64,000 nucleotides of DNA from Basidiobolus meristosporus CBS 931.73 (Eukaryota; Fungi; Basidiobolomycota). Position 1 is the stretch's first letter, and the number at the start of each line of letters is the position of its first letter. Under the pieces are notes generated by a model. The model saw only the letters and a program-made list of their open reading frames with translations. It was not told where the DNA came from and searched no databases. A program made the translations under genes and the position numbers. Location: the NCBI GenBank assembly GCA_002104905.1, contig MCFE01000025.1, forward strand, positions 62,001 to 126,000, in the 5' to 3' direction. Shown here piece after piece: positions 24,511-38,200 of this stretch.

Positions 24511-24719
24511 CAGACCTGACAATACCCCCAGGAAACTGTGCTGACAGCCAACTGACCTTGGAGGCACTACTTGTGAGGAATACTCAGGTTAGGCATATTT
24601 TATTATATTTGATTCTTTCCTAAGTTTGTTTTTGTACAGGCAAAGATACTTTTCAGTCTTTGTAACTATTTGTCAAAGCTGCATTCCTATCAAGTCCCTG
24701 TTGGTGGAGTTTACAGTTG

Positions 24720-27700
24720 TTTTGACTTTGGAAGTATGTGGTGCCACAGCTTTATTCATAATGCTTACTATGGCAGATCATCATTGAATCTTACATTCAT
24801 GTAGGTGCAATGTCTCAAGATCACATGAGTATTGACCAAAAAGTATATAATAGCACTATGCTGTTGAAGGTCAAACTGTTTGCCCCATGGACAAGACTGC
24901 TTTGACTCAATGCTGTAGAGAAGAGAAAACAGTCCATGTGGCTATTGTGGCAAGCCTCTCAGCCATGAAGCATGCAGACAGCATAGAAAATATTACAAGG
25001 ATCATGGCCAGTGTTTTGCCACCCAAGTCATGTTTGACCATTCATTGGTCACTACTGTACCAACATTATCTTGCCAGCCAGCTGATACTTCTATATTGGC
25101 ACCTGGCCATCTTTGTCACCTTGCACAGTCTGAGTCAGGTGAGCTTGTGACACCATTAGGCTCACCTCAGCCTTCTGAATATGGCTTGTAGAGTGATAGC
25201 TCTGACAAAGAAGGTTCACTGGTGAATTATGAACCTATCTCCCCTAACAGCAGTACCATGTATGAGCCTAGTCAAATCCCTATACGCTATGAGAAAGCAC
25301 CTGTTGAAACAAATGTCAAGGATACTGAATGGAGCCAAGTGAGCCCAGTAATCCATATACTGGTGAATGATGTAGTGTTGTGGCTTGAGAAGTGGTGCAT
25401 TTCCACTAATATCAGTAATGGGGGCTTTGAGAATTTATTACTACTTCTTGCCAAAGTCATTCCAGGATGTAACTTACCATGTACACGGTACAAGTGGACA
25501 ACCATCATGCAGCTGGCAACATATGACCCAGAGACTGTCCTGATTCCTGCATATGTTAACAGTTGCATGGCATTCACATCCAAAAATGCTACCATTGCAA
25601 TGTGTCCAAGCTCTCAGGAATCCACCACCAATGAGGGAAAACATTGTTCACACTACAGATATATTCCAGTCATACCCTGTCTGAGGAAGCTGATGCAGTC
25701 AGACAAATATTGCAAAGCTATTCAGTACCACAATCAGTATCCATCAAGTGCAAATGTATCCAATATATTTGGTGGCAAACATTACAAAGAGCTAAGAAGC
25801 AAGGGCTACTTTGAAGGTATGTATGAACATGCCTTTGCTTTAGCACTTGATGTATTCTCATTAAACAAGTACTCTACCAGTATATCCTGCTGGCCACTGA
25901 TTCACATCAGTCTGAATCTGCCACCCATCTTACAGTATCAGAGCAATAATCTGATGGTGTTCTCACTGGTATTTGGGCTTAAATCACCATCCAACCTGGA
26001 GAGCTACCTGTATCCATTGCTGGATGAAATTTGTATGCTTTCCAGTGGGATAATAGTAAATGGCTGTCATGTAAAAGCACATATTATTGTCTGCAGTGGA
26101 GATACCCTGCTCTTAGCAAGATAGCAGATTTTCCTGGACAGGTGGGTGGTATTGCTGTCAAATGTGTGAGATTGAGGGGACTTACTCCATAACTCATACA
26201 CATTATTATTGCCCAAACACCAGCACTAAGAACATCATCTTTTGACAGCTGAAAGTACAGAAGTAAGCATCAATTGCAGCAAAGTTGGCAAACTATAAGC
26301 CATTGGCTGGAATATGGAATCAACTGGAGACCAGAGATACTTAGGATAGAGGTTATCTGTTGGAGCAAAAGCTTTCCACTGGGAGCAATGCATTTGCTTT
26401 TCAACAATATCCCTATACTGAAGACCAAATTGTACATGGGGCATTTCAAGCCAAACAAGCCCTTTGAGATACCAGAGAAATTTGAAAGAATTGGCAAGAT
26501 ATCACAGAGTATCTGCTGCCTTAAGTACTTCTCACAGGCTCCAATCAATATTCATATCCATATGTGACAATACAAATGCAAAGACTGGATGAACTGGATA
26601 TGTATTTATTCAAGTGATGTTCTGAAGGCACTTCTACCAAGAGTACACTGGAAGCATTAAGAGTCATATGTAAACATTTTAGGAATATTTATCCAGATGC
26701 AGATCACCAATGCCAACTTGACACATCTACAGCTGTTGTGTGAGGAATTTGTGAAGGGATTTGAGCAGCCATACTACAAACATAAAGCTGAATGTGTAGA
26801 TCTCTACCACTACTGTATCTATTCTCTACTCCATCTTGCTTGGCATGTGGAGAATATTGGGCCTTGCTTCACCTTTTGGGAGTTTCCTATGGAGCAGATG
26901 TGTGGGGAGATAGGAAGACAAGTCAAGTTCCAGGTACTATCATATCCTAATCTCATCAAGAATATTACCTTCAAGTCCGTCATTGATGTGATGAGTAGGC
27001 ACATGGAGGACAGCCAGAAAGAGTTGGAAAGTACTGAGGACAAATGTGCACATGGAGACACCTATGCCTATTGCATTAAGAAGCTAAGCAGCCCCAATGC
27101 ATGGGTAATCAGTTAAATAATGAAAAGTTGGGTTGGGCGCAACAAGCCACTGATTTTTATCAGGAAAACTCAACCAAGATATGCCAGATCTCTGATGGTC
27201 ATAAGCCAATGTCCACACCATTCAATATGGGATTCACAAAAAAAAAGTCAGAGCACACATATAAGGGTGACTAGAGTCCAGCAGGGACAAGGAATATATT
27301 GGCTACATACCAAGAAATTCTTTGCGGATATTCAGGAGGTATTCATGGCAGAAGTGGCAGCAACCAAGCACATGTTTGCAAGAAGTATATATTACCAGCA
27401 GTACAAGGTATATGTCAACTTTGCAAGTACTACACTAAAAAGCCATAAAGTTGAGGTCATAGAAGTATGTCCATTCTGGCAGGTGTGCACATATGTAGAG
27501 GTTAGTAAGTGTTGTAAAAATTTGTATTTCCACCTAAATATTCACCTAACTTAGTCACTTTGATCATTACCTTCATATCCTAGAAAATACTGACCAAATT
27601 CCTTGTTGGGATTTACTTAGAATATTTTCACCAAAATACCAGGTACACAGAACATGAAAATTCTCAAAGTTGTACAGACAGTCCCAAGCTTTGCACACAT

Positions 27701-30700
27701 GTTCTTGGGACCTTCTTTAACCTATTCTATGTGTTTGTTATGCCAAGACTAGGTAAAAGTATAAATACCACTTGTACATTCAATAAATCATTAAGTGAAA
27801 ACCACTTAATCTACTTGTTCTCCCAATCACTTCCAATATCTCCAAGACTCTTACAACATTTTATGAGCCCAAGCTGTTACTCTCTGCAATGTCTAATACT
27901 GCTATTACTGGAATTCTTCCCTCTGCTGGAAAGTTGGATGGATCTGACTACCAAGTGTGGAAGGTGAAGATGAAGATGCTGCTACAAGAAAAAGGCCTTT
28001 GGGATATTGTCATGGGAGATGAGTACCCTCCTACAAATGTGGGAGAGGGAGCCTTAAAGTACCAGAAGAAAGAACAAAGTACCTTTAACTGCATCTGCCT
28101 TAATGTTAAAGACAAATTGCTAATTCAATGCTCAAGAGCAAAAACGGCAAAGAATGCCTGGAAGGCATTAGAAGACACCTACCAGTCATGTTCAGCTGCT
28201 GAGAAAATGTATCTGAGACAATAATTCTTTACTACAAAGACAATGCTAGGAGAAGAAATGAAAAATCTAATTAACATAATTACCCTCCTGGTAGATGAAA
28301 TGGAATCTGTGGGCATACCAACTACAGATGAGGATGTGATAGTTACCATCCTGAATAGCCTGACAGACAAGTTTCAGGGCCTTGTATCAGCCATAGAGTG
28401 CAGAACTGAAGATTTGACCTTAAATTATGTATATGGAAGGCTCCTGGATGAAGATTTGAGAAAATCAAGCGCCAATAAGAAGGAAGAAGAAATGCTTTAA
28501 TAAGCAATGATAACCAACAAAGGAAGTACCTAAGACCTTAAAAAGGCAAAAGCAACCTGTCTTGTAACTACTGTAAAAGGAAAGGACACACGTCAGACCA
28601 GTGCTTGAAAAAGAAAGATAGTCAGCAGAAAAAGCCTGAATATGGAAATGCTGCAACAACTGAAGATAGACTATTCATATCTGCACTAAATATGACCACA
28701 AACAAGGATTCTCAGACGTGGTATATTGACTCTGGAGCATCTCAACACTTTACACACCAAAAAGAACTTTCCACCCAATATCAAGAAATTCCAATTAATA
28801 AGGCTTTCATGGGTGACAATAGAACACTTGATGCAGTGGGAGAAGGAACTATCCAAGTTAACCTAGGAAGCAGTGAAGGAAGCCATACACTGACTTTCAA
28901 ACAGGTACTCTATGTACTGGAAATAGCCAAGAACCTACTGTCTGTAAGCAAGGCCACTGCTGAAGGATTCAGTTTCAGCTTTGACAATTCTGGATGCAAG
29001 ATCACTGATCAAAATGGTGCCCATATTGCTTTGGGTATCAGGGATTGGAATCTATACAAGTTGACTTATTTTCCATCATATTTGGAAGCCAATATAAGTA
29101 ACTTAAATGAAGAAACACCAATACTTTGGCACAGGAGATTTGGGCACATCAATTTTGATTATTTGCGCAAAATAATCAAAGATCAGCTAATTTCTGGTGT
29201 AAGAATTGATCCCCCAGCTGATTTGGAGCACTGTGAAGCCTGCATATATGGGAAACTAGCCAGACAACCATTCAAGAGCTCTGGGCTGATCAAAACTAAG
29301 AAAAAATTAGATCTAATTCACTCAGATCTGTGTGGACCTATGCAAAATTTATCCTTGGGTGGGATGAAGTATTTAATCACTTTTATTGATGATTATACAA
29401 GATACACATGGGTCTACTTCATGGAGTGAAAGGAAGAAGCGCTGTCTAAGCTCAGGGAGCTTAAAGCCATGGTGGAGAGAGAAACTGGTGAAAAAATCAA
29501 GAAAATATGGTCTGACAATGGTGGAGAATATACCTTAAAACTCTTCATCCACTTCTGCAAAATTCATGGGATAAAGCAAGAGACTACTGTACCATACTCT
29601 CCACCTCAAAATGGAGTAGCAGAGCGTGCTAATGGATCAACAATTGATATGGCAAGATCCATGATCCATGATCAAAAATTATCCTATGATTTTTGGGTGG
29701 AATCAGTTGCCACTGCTGCATATCTTATAAATAGGAGTTATAACATAATACTTTGTGATACTACCACATTTGAAGCATGGTATGGATACAGACCAAGTGT
29801 AGAACATCTAATAATATTTGGGTGTACAGCATGTGCTAAGAGACTGCCCGGAAATCAGTCAAAATTTGAGCCAAAAAGTGTAAAATACATATTTTTGGGC
29901 TACTGCAATGAGTTTAAAGCATACAGACTCTACAGTACCAAAGCAAAAAAGCTAATTAAGTCCAGGGATGGGCTGTTTGATGAAAACTCAAAATTCTCAC
30001 AAAAAATGAAATCAGATGATGACAAAAATTTGATCTCAAGTCCACCAATTGTCAGGATTGAATCAGAGCAAAACTATGAAGATTTTTTCACTCCAGAGGA
30101 ATCTACAACCGTGGTTCAGCCAGAAATGGTTCCCAGGAATATCCCAGAAGTGAGTATTCCAGTGTCAAATGCCTGGAGATCCAATTGGACAAGAAGTAGC
30201 CAAAATTACTATATCAACAAGGGTACAGACTTGGCCTATACCTATTCAGTCCATATTGATGAACCCCAGACTGTAAAAGAGGCCCTAAATAGCCCTCAGA
30301 CAAAGTTTTGGAGATCTGCAATGACTGAGGAATATCAGGCCTTGATGGAAAGTCAAACTTGGGACTTAGTCAAATTACCAATCAGCCTAAAATCAATTGG
30401 ATGCAAATGGGTCTTTGAGACAAAATACAAGGCTGATGGTACAATTGACAGATACAAAGCAAGACCTGTAGCCAAAGGATACTCTCAAACAAAAGGACTT
30501 GACTATACTGAGACCTTTGCACCAGTAGCCAAGTTTAATTCCATCAGAATAATATTGGCTATTGCAGCCAAATATATTCATCAAATGGATGTAAAAACTG
30601 CATTTTGGAATGGCAAACTAGATAGGACATGTATATGGACCAGTCAGATAGATTTGTTGACCAAGATAACCCTCATTGGGTCATTATATGGTCTCAAACA

Positions 30701-32510
30701 ATTACCAAGAGCCTGGAATTGCAAGATAGATTCTTATTTAGAATTTTTGAGTTTTGAGAGGAGTAATGCTGAATATAGTATATACTATAAGCCAAATAGA
30801 GCAAATCCAGTTCTATTGGCTTTATATGTGGATGATCTTATTATAGCCACCAATAACCTAGAAACATTGGAAGAGACAAAATCCAGCCTATCTAAGGAGT
30901 TCAAGATGTCCAATCTATGAAAACTCAGTTACAACCTGGGGATTAATTTCTCCATAGACAGAAGTACACAGACTATTACCCTTAGCCAATTCAAGTATAT
31001 TCAAGATATACTAAAGAAGTACCAATTGTAAAACTGTAAACTGGCAGCTACCCCAATGGAGACAAACCTTAAATTGGTCAAAACTCAACCAAATCAAGAG
31101 AGCTTGGTGCCATCTAAAAGCCCTGATCTTGCTTATCAATATATGGTTGGCAGTCTGATGTATATTATGCTTGGGACACATCTAGATGTTGCATATTCAG
31201 TGGGAGTTGACAGCCAACATAATCAGAACTATGGATCTGATCATATTGCAGCAGTTAAGCAGATTTTTAGATACCTAAAAAGAACTGCTGATATCTGCTT
31301 AAGATACACTTATACAGACTCAGAACAGGATCTTGTGGGATACTCTGATGCTGATTGGGGATGAAATTTAGAAAACAGAAGATCCACCAGAGGATACACC
31401 TTTCTTTACTGTCAAGGAGCAATTTCATCAAATTCAAGAAAGCAACCAACCGTAGCACTTTCCACCCTAGAGGCCAAGTATATGGCAGCCTGTGAAGCTA
31501 CAAAAGAAACAATGTGGTTAAGGAAACTTTCTACAGATTTAGGCCTATGTCAAAAAATGCCTATTACTTTATTTCAAGATAATCAAGGATGTATACAATT
31601 AGGTAGAAATCCAAAATTTCATGCTAGAACTATGCACATAGATATTAGACATCATTTCATATGTGAAGCTATAGAGAATAACTTAGTTAGCTTAGTTTAC
31701 TGTCCTACAGATGAAATGATTGCAGACATATTTACCAAACCATTGGCTAGAGACAAGTTTAATATCTTAGGTCACAAGTAGGACTAGTCAGTATGAACAT
31801 TTAGCTGAGTGGGAGTGTTGTAGAAATTTGTATTTCCACCTAAATATTCACCTAGCTTAGTCACTTAGATCATTACCTTCATATCCTAGAGAATACTGAC
31901 CAAATTCCTTGTTGGGATTTACTTAGAATATTTTCACCAAAATACCAGGTACACAGAGCATGAAAATTCTCAAAGTTGTCCAAACAGCCCCAAACTTTGC
32001 ACACATGCTCTTGGGACCTTCCTTGACCTATTTTACATGTTTGCTATGCCAAAACCAGGTAAAAGTATAAATACCACTTGTACATTCAATAAATCATTAA
32101 GTGAAAACCACATAATCTACTTGTTCTCCCAATCACTTCCAGTATATCCAAGACTCTTACAACTGTAAACAGGAGGCCATAGTTTCTTTTGATTTGAGCT
32201 ATAGGTGGAATACTCAAGGTAGTAGGGAGTAAGCAAATAAAGTGGTGAGATTCTACAGTGGAATATATGAACCGCCCAAGTGGAGGTAGAAAAAGGAAAT
32301 GCCATTTGCTAAATTGGTATGGTAGCATTATACAGAACCTGCAGTAGGCCATCATACTGTCAATATAATGCCATCAGAGTCTTGCAGTGAGGCTGTTGAA
32401 ATACTGTCAAGTTTCTTGTCATATAAGGCAACTGGATGTCCTGGCCAGCCGGATCCACTTAAAATAGTTATAGAGCACTAAAAGACAGCAACAATATCAC
32501 ACAAACACTG
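24720..32510 (+). mobile_element. EnSpm/CACTA-type transposon copy C, interrupted by Copia-1 (27510-32164)
   Basis: The 300-aa ORF 25222-26124 has YRYIPVIPCLRKLM, FALALDVFS, WPLIHISLNLPP and KSPSNLESYLYPLLDE. Then PLGAMHLLFNNI and LLHLAWHVENIGPCFTFWEFPMEQMCGEIGRQVK. The sequence resumes after the Copia (gttagtaag | caggaggccatag). Confidence 0.88.
27510..32164 (+). mobile_element. Full-length degenerate Ty1/Copia LTR retrotransposon (Copia-1)
   Basis: 349-bp LTRs at 27510-27858 and 31816-32164 (about 22 substitutions by hand count). TSD GTAAG/GTAAA, PBS (tt)ttatgagccc, PPT TGAGTGGGAG. Domains in copia order: Gag KLDGSDYQVWK, knuckle CNYCKRKGH, PR WYIDSGASQH, IN HSDLCGP, RT KARPVAKGYSQ...LYVDDL, RNase H HIDIRHHFI. 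Confidence 0.96.
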
Positions 32511-33199
32511 TCACAGGACCATTGAAATATTTTCAAGTTTAGAAGCTTCATCCTAAATAGAATAGATACAGTCTCATATGTACTATTGTGATTAAATCAT
32601 ACAAACTCATCTGGCACTTTCCAATTGTGTAAATATACCATAACAGCTGAGATATGCCACTTTTACTTTTGATAAAATATTCCAGCATAGTGCTTGGTAG
32701 ACTGTGCAAATGGACAAGCTCATGTTCCTTTGTCCCATTATAAGCTTTTGGTTGGCCCTTGCTATCACTTCTTTAGCTCCAACTGCAAGGAAGTTACCTT
32801 CATGGTTCACTCTAGTGTGTTGTTGCCTCTGAGTAGGTAGTTTCTTGTGGACTACTGTGTTGCTTTCCCAAGCAGCAATACTCCATTATCCTAGTGTGTT
32901 GGGATTGCTGGATCAGATCTGTTGTGCTAGATAGTCCAAATCCAGCTTAGGTTTCACCTAACTGCATTTAGAAACTGACAACTTATTGGCAGTAGGTTAT
33001 TGTTGCTTATGGATCACAAAGATGCTGGTTGCTGGATTTTACTTATTGTTCCAGATCTGGATTGTGTAGCAAGCATACCCACAGTTTTTTAGATCTGCTA
33101 GAGTGCTCAGGCACCTCTTGTCTGTAGAACGCTTCTATTCTGGGATATTTCATTTAAATTGGTCCTCCATTAAGATCTGACATTACCTTTCATAGGCTT

Positions 33200-34500
33200 G
33201 ATCAAATTTGATAAAATAAAATTCCTCATCAAGCCATTTTTCTCAGCATTTTGGTAGCAGCTATTATTACTGTATTGTGGCCCACAGCTAGGAACTACAA
33301 GTAAATTGATCTGATCATAGTAGTAAGATTAACATCTGATTCCTGTTGATATAAATGATCAGTAATCACTATATGCCCAGTAATAAATGCACTTGAGTAG
33401 AGCCACCAGTACATTCCTCAAGAGTATCATATATACTCTACAACATACATAGAGAATATATGCAAGTGCTTTGGTTAGGATCACTGGTAGTGCTTCTCTT
33501 GATGAAGGTTGTAATTCTATGCTCACATATACATGGAAATATCTCCTCCCACTATTCCTGATACTTAATGTAGACATGTAGCTTGTCTAATATGTGTCTT
33601 GCAGAGCCTCAGGATCACTGGTAATAGAAATAGTACCACTGTTATATTATGTGTACTACACCATAGTTGGCATGTCTGAAATCACTAATGATTGGCCAAA
33701 TATATAGGTGTAATACATCATTCTGCTTCTTAGTATATGGGCAGCTGATCCATGTATCTATCAGTATATCTACCTACAAATTAGGGTGGCAGTCAGCTTC
33801 AAAGTGCTTGTACATCTTTTCTTTTCAAGTGGCTACAGTCTTATGTAAGTTCATTGAAGTAATGTGGTACTCTGTTGCCTGAAATGGTCTGGTCCAAACC
33901 ATGGTATATGTGGATCTTAACATAGCTCCTTTATGTTATGATAATCAGGATTTTAGTATTGATACATATATCATGTAGTGTGCCCCTTATTGATCTGGAC
34001 CTTTTGTGGGGATTACACATTTTCTCAAAGCTTCATCCTCCTGCACACTCCCTGAATTGTAATTTATCCAACATGACCTCCTTGATGTATGGCCTTTTTG
34101 TAATCTTACTGTCTTCTTTGAAGGCAAAGGACTCTCTCTCTATATCAATATATCCAACTTAGTAGTTCTTTACAACAACAGTACTTTCTATCTCTTGTTA
34201 CTTCAGATAGACAAGGCAGTCATTCTCCAAAATAAAGACACAGCGCTAAAGCAATGTAAACACCCAAAATATAGCAAGCTTGGGGTCCATAAACTATTGA
34301 AATATTAGAGAGATATAGTGGAAGTGAAATGGAGAATTAGATGACTTACATGATATTCACTTGGTGCGTTATTGAGTTGTATCAAGGTGTTTTGACCTAG
34401 TGCAGAGCTATGCAAGTGTAAGTATTTGGTCATTATTGGGCAGTCTCAGGAATACATGTGACAAGTTTCAGCGTATTTAGACAAGTTGCAGATTTCCCAA
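33200..34500 (+). mobile_element. Possible highly decayed LTR-retrotransposon remnant
   Basis: ...ctcagca followed by ttt-TGGTAGCAGC (tRNA-iMet-type PBS, the same as the Gypsy copies) at ~33252. The downstream sequence is too decayed to assign domains. Confidence 0.3.
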
Positions 34501-35284
34501 ATTCTGCACTTGACTAATTCCTTGTTATTGGCAAATATCTTAAATCACCATCCAACCTGGATAGCTACCTGTATCTATTGCTGGATGAGTTTTTTATGTG
34601 TTCCAGCAGGATAACAGTAAATGGCTGTCATGTAAAAGTGCATACTATTATCCGCGTTAGAGACACCACAGACATCAGCAAGATAGGTGGCTTTTCTGGG
34701 CAATATGGGTGGCATTGCTGTTGAGTTTGTGAGATCCAGGAGATTTACTCCATAACTTGCATTATTATTACCAAAACACTACCACTGAGAATATCATCTT
34801 TCCACAGAGAGAATGTACAGAGGTCTGCATGCAACTACAGTAAAGTTGGCAAGCTATTAGCCATTGGCCAGAATATGTATTCAATTGGAAATAGGAGATA
34901 CTTAAGATAGAGGGTATCTCTTGGCGCAAAAGCTTTCCACTGGGAGCAATGCATTTGCTTTTCAGCAATCTCCCCATACTGATGACCAAGTTGTACACAG
35001 GGCATTTCAAGCTAAACAAGCCCTTTGAGATACTGCAGAAATTTGAAAGAATTGGCAAGATATTACACAGTATCTGCTAACCTATGTAGTTCTCACAGAC
35101 TCCAATCAGCATTAATATGCATACACAACAATACAGGTGCAAGGACTGGATGAGCTGGATATGAAATTATTGAAGTGGCCTTCTGATGCCATTTCTGCTA
35201 AGAGTAAATTAGGAGCATTGGGAGTCATATGTGGAAAATGTGGGGATGTATATCCAGAAGCAGATCACCAATGCTAACTTGATG

Positions 35285-38200
35285 TGTTACAAGTAATGGT
35301 ATAAGATGTGCATTTTGCTAGATCAATTGCTGACTAATTGTATTTCCTAATGTAGCCTGTGGCTGATGACTCATTTGATGGCATCATCATCACCCAGTCA
35401 GATCCTACTTATTATATCTATTTCTGTCAGATAAAGGTCTGCTGATTCATTTACTGACTAATGCTACTGATTTGATAGATAACACTGATATACTGATAGG
35501 CCAAGCATATAACTAATTGATTTGACTAAAAATTGATCCAACTTAAACATTCAAGCTGTTGACCATAACATTCACCCCTACTAAAGTTGAGAGTGTTCTC
35601 CTCAATCTCTTTTCTTGTGATACCAATATCTTGATGGTTCAATATTTTTAGCAAGTCTTGTAAGCTTGAGTCTGTCTCTATGAACTAAATCTTCCCAGAT
35701 ATTCCCTGGTTTGTCCACTTGTTGGTAAGTTGCAAATGGACATTCATTGATGATCTCAAAAGGTCCCATCCATTTTGGCTCAAACTTCTTCCAAGTATTG
35801 ATTCTCAGCAATACAAAGTTCCAAACTGTCAATGCTTCTAGTGATGTAGTCTTATCAAATCTCTGCTTCATCTTTTCTGCACTTTGAGATACTCTGGCCT
35901 GTGCCTCTTAACATCTTAGTTTCAGCTGCTGGTGTCTACTAGGCTGACTGAGTTCATCTTCTAAGGCATCAGTAAGCTTTGGTTGTGTGAGACCTCCTAG
36001 AATCCTTGGTTTGCATCCATACACTTGGTAAAATGGCAATTGTTGGGTGGTGTTGTTTACTCTAACTCTGCATGCGAAAAGTGCTCAGTCTCTATACTCA
36101 TCCCATCTACTGACAGCTCCATTTGCATACTTGGTCAGCATTTTCCAAATAATCCATTAAACTGCTCAGTGACTTCATTGGTTCTAGGGTGATATGCCAA
36201 GGTTTTCAAGTGTCTGTTGTGCTGCATTTGCAGGTAAGCTTCCAATGTCTTTGCTATAAAGCTTGCTCCACTACTGGATAGAATTGCTACAAGGCATCCA
36301 ACTTCATAAGCATCTCATGGTAGATGAAACTTGCAACTTCTTGTTCACTGGCTACAGGCACTGATTTAGCCACTGGCCATTTGGTAGTATGGTCAATTGC
36401 TAGTAGGATCCAATGGTTACATTCCGTGGTAGTTGGCAGTCTTCCACTAAAGTCAATTCCCCATTTTTCAAATAGTTGTACAGGGTCCAAGGGAAAGAGT
36501 TCAGCAATTTTCTGTGGTTGGCCTTACTTGATTTGGCAATTTGGGCATGTTTTAACTATTTTCTCAATGTCTTGTTTCTTTCTGGGCCACCATGCCCTGG
36601 CATTCACAAGGCTATTTGTTCCTTCAACTCCAAGATGTTTGTATCCATTGTGTAGCTTATGTATTAAATCCAGGCATACAACATAAGGGCAATAGGCAAT
36701 AGGGGTTCCATCAACAATTTGGTAGAGTGTGTCATCCTTTATCACAAATTTGCTGGGTTCATCCTGGATTATCTTCTTGATCTCTTCATCCACCTAATCA
36801 GGAATGGCTTGGTCCTCCAAGTACTTTGGTGATAGGCAAGGCAAATCTCATTCAAGCACCAAGTTGAGTTGTGCAACTTGTTCTAATCTTGATAAGGCAT
36901 CAGCAACTGTGTTATTTTTCCCAGGGCAGTAGACAATCTCCAAATCAAATTGCTGAATATATTCACTCCATCTTGTCATTCTTCTAGAGAGTACTTTCTG
37001 GGTAAATATATACTTGGGGAGGTGTGATCAGTCTTCACAGTGGAAGTGGCTCCTTCAATACATCATCTTCTTATCTTCAAGCAGTGTATCAAAGCAAGCA
37101 TATTCTTCTTATGCCTTGGATACTTTTATTCTACCAAGTTCAGTTTCTTGGATTCAAAGGCAACTGAGAAATCCTTTCCCTTGTGTTCTTGGCTTAACAC
37201 TCCACCAATTGCATAATCTGAAGCACCTGTACACAGAGTAAACTCTTTTCTGAAGACAAGTATTCTTAAGCGTGGCAGCTTAGCAAGTTCATTCTTGAGT
37301 GTCTGAAAGGCAGTCTCAAAAGGTATGTCCCACTTGTAGGTATTGTCTTTCTTGAGGATATCAGTTAAAGGCGCTGCAATACTTGCAAAGGACTTGATAA
37401 CTCTTCAATAATAGGAAGCCATTCCAAGGAATGATCTGAGTTCTGATATGCCATGGGCTGCTTCAGATTCTTGATGACCTCAACCTTCTTAGGATTTAAG
37501 GTCACTCCTGTGCTAGTCACTGTGTGTCCTAGATATTCAATGTGTTCCTTAAAGAATTCACCCTTGACTAGCTTGCCATATAGTTTATTCTCACTTAGCT
37601 TTGTCAAGACCTTTAATATGCACCATGTGATCCTCTTCTGTCTTGCTGTATATCAATATGTGATCTAAGTACATTAACATAAATTAGTCTAAGTACTCCT
37701 GAAAGACAGTCAGCATCAGGGTCATGAATGTTGCAGGGGCATTGGTGAGGCCTAAACACATGACTAAGTACTCATAATGTCCATATATGGTCCTGAATGC
37801 TGTCTTAGGGATGTCATCTGGCATCACCCTAATCTGGTTATATCCTGATATCAGGTCATATTTGCTGCACATAGTGGCTCCATTGAGTTGGCCCAAAAGC
37901 TCATCAATCCAAGGTATGGGGTACTTATTCTTCAAAGTAACTGAGTTGAGGGCTTGGTAGTCAATGCACATCCTAAGTATTCCATCCTTCTTCTTTGCAC
38001 AAAGTACTGGTGCTCCCCAAGGTGATTTCATGGGATTGATATATCCTTGCTCCAAGAAGTGATCTACTTGCCTCTTCATCTCTTTCAACTCCAATGGACT
38101 CATTCTGTAAGGTGTCTTACTCACTGGAGGGCATTTGTCTGTGTCAATGGCATGATCCACATTTGTGACTAGTGATAGGCTTACAAGCTCATCTAGAAAT

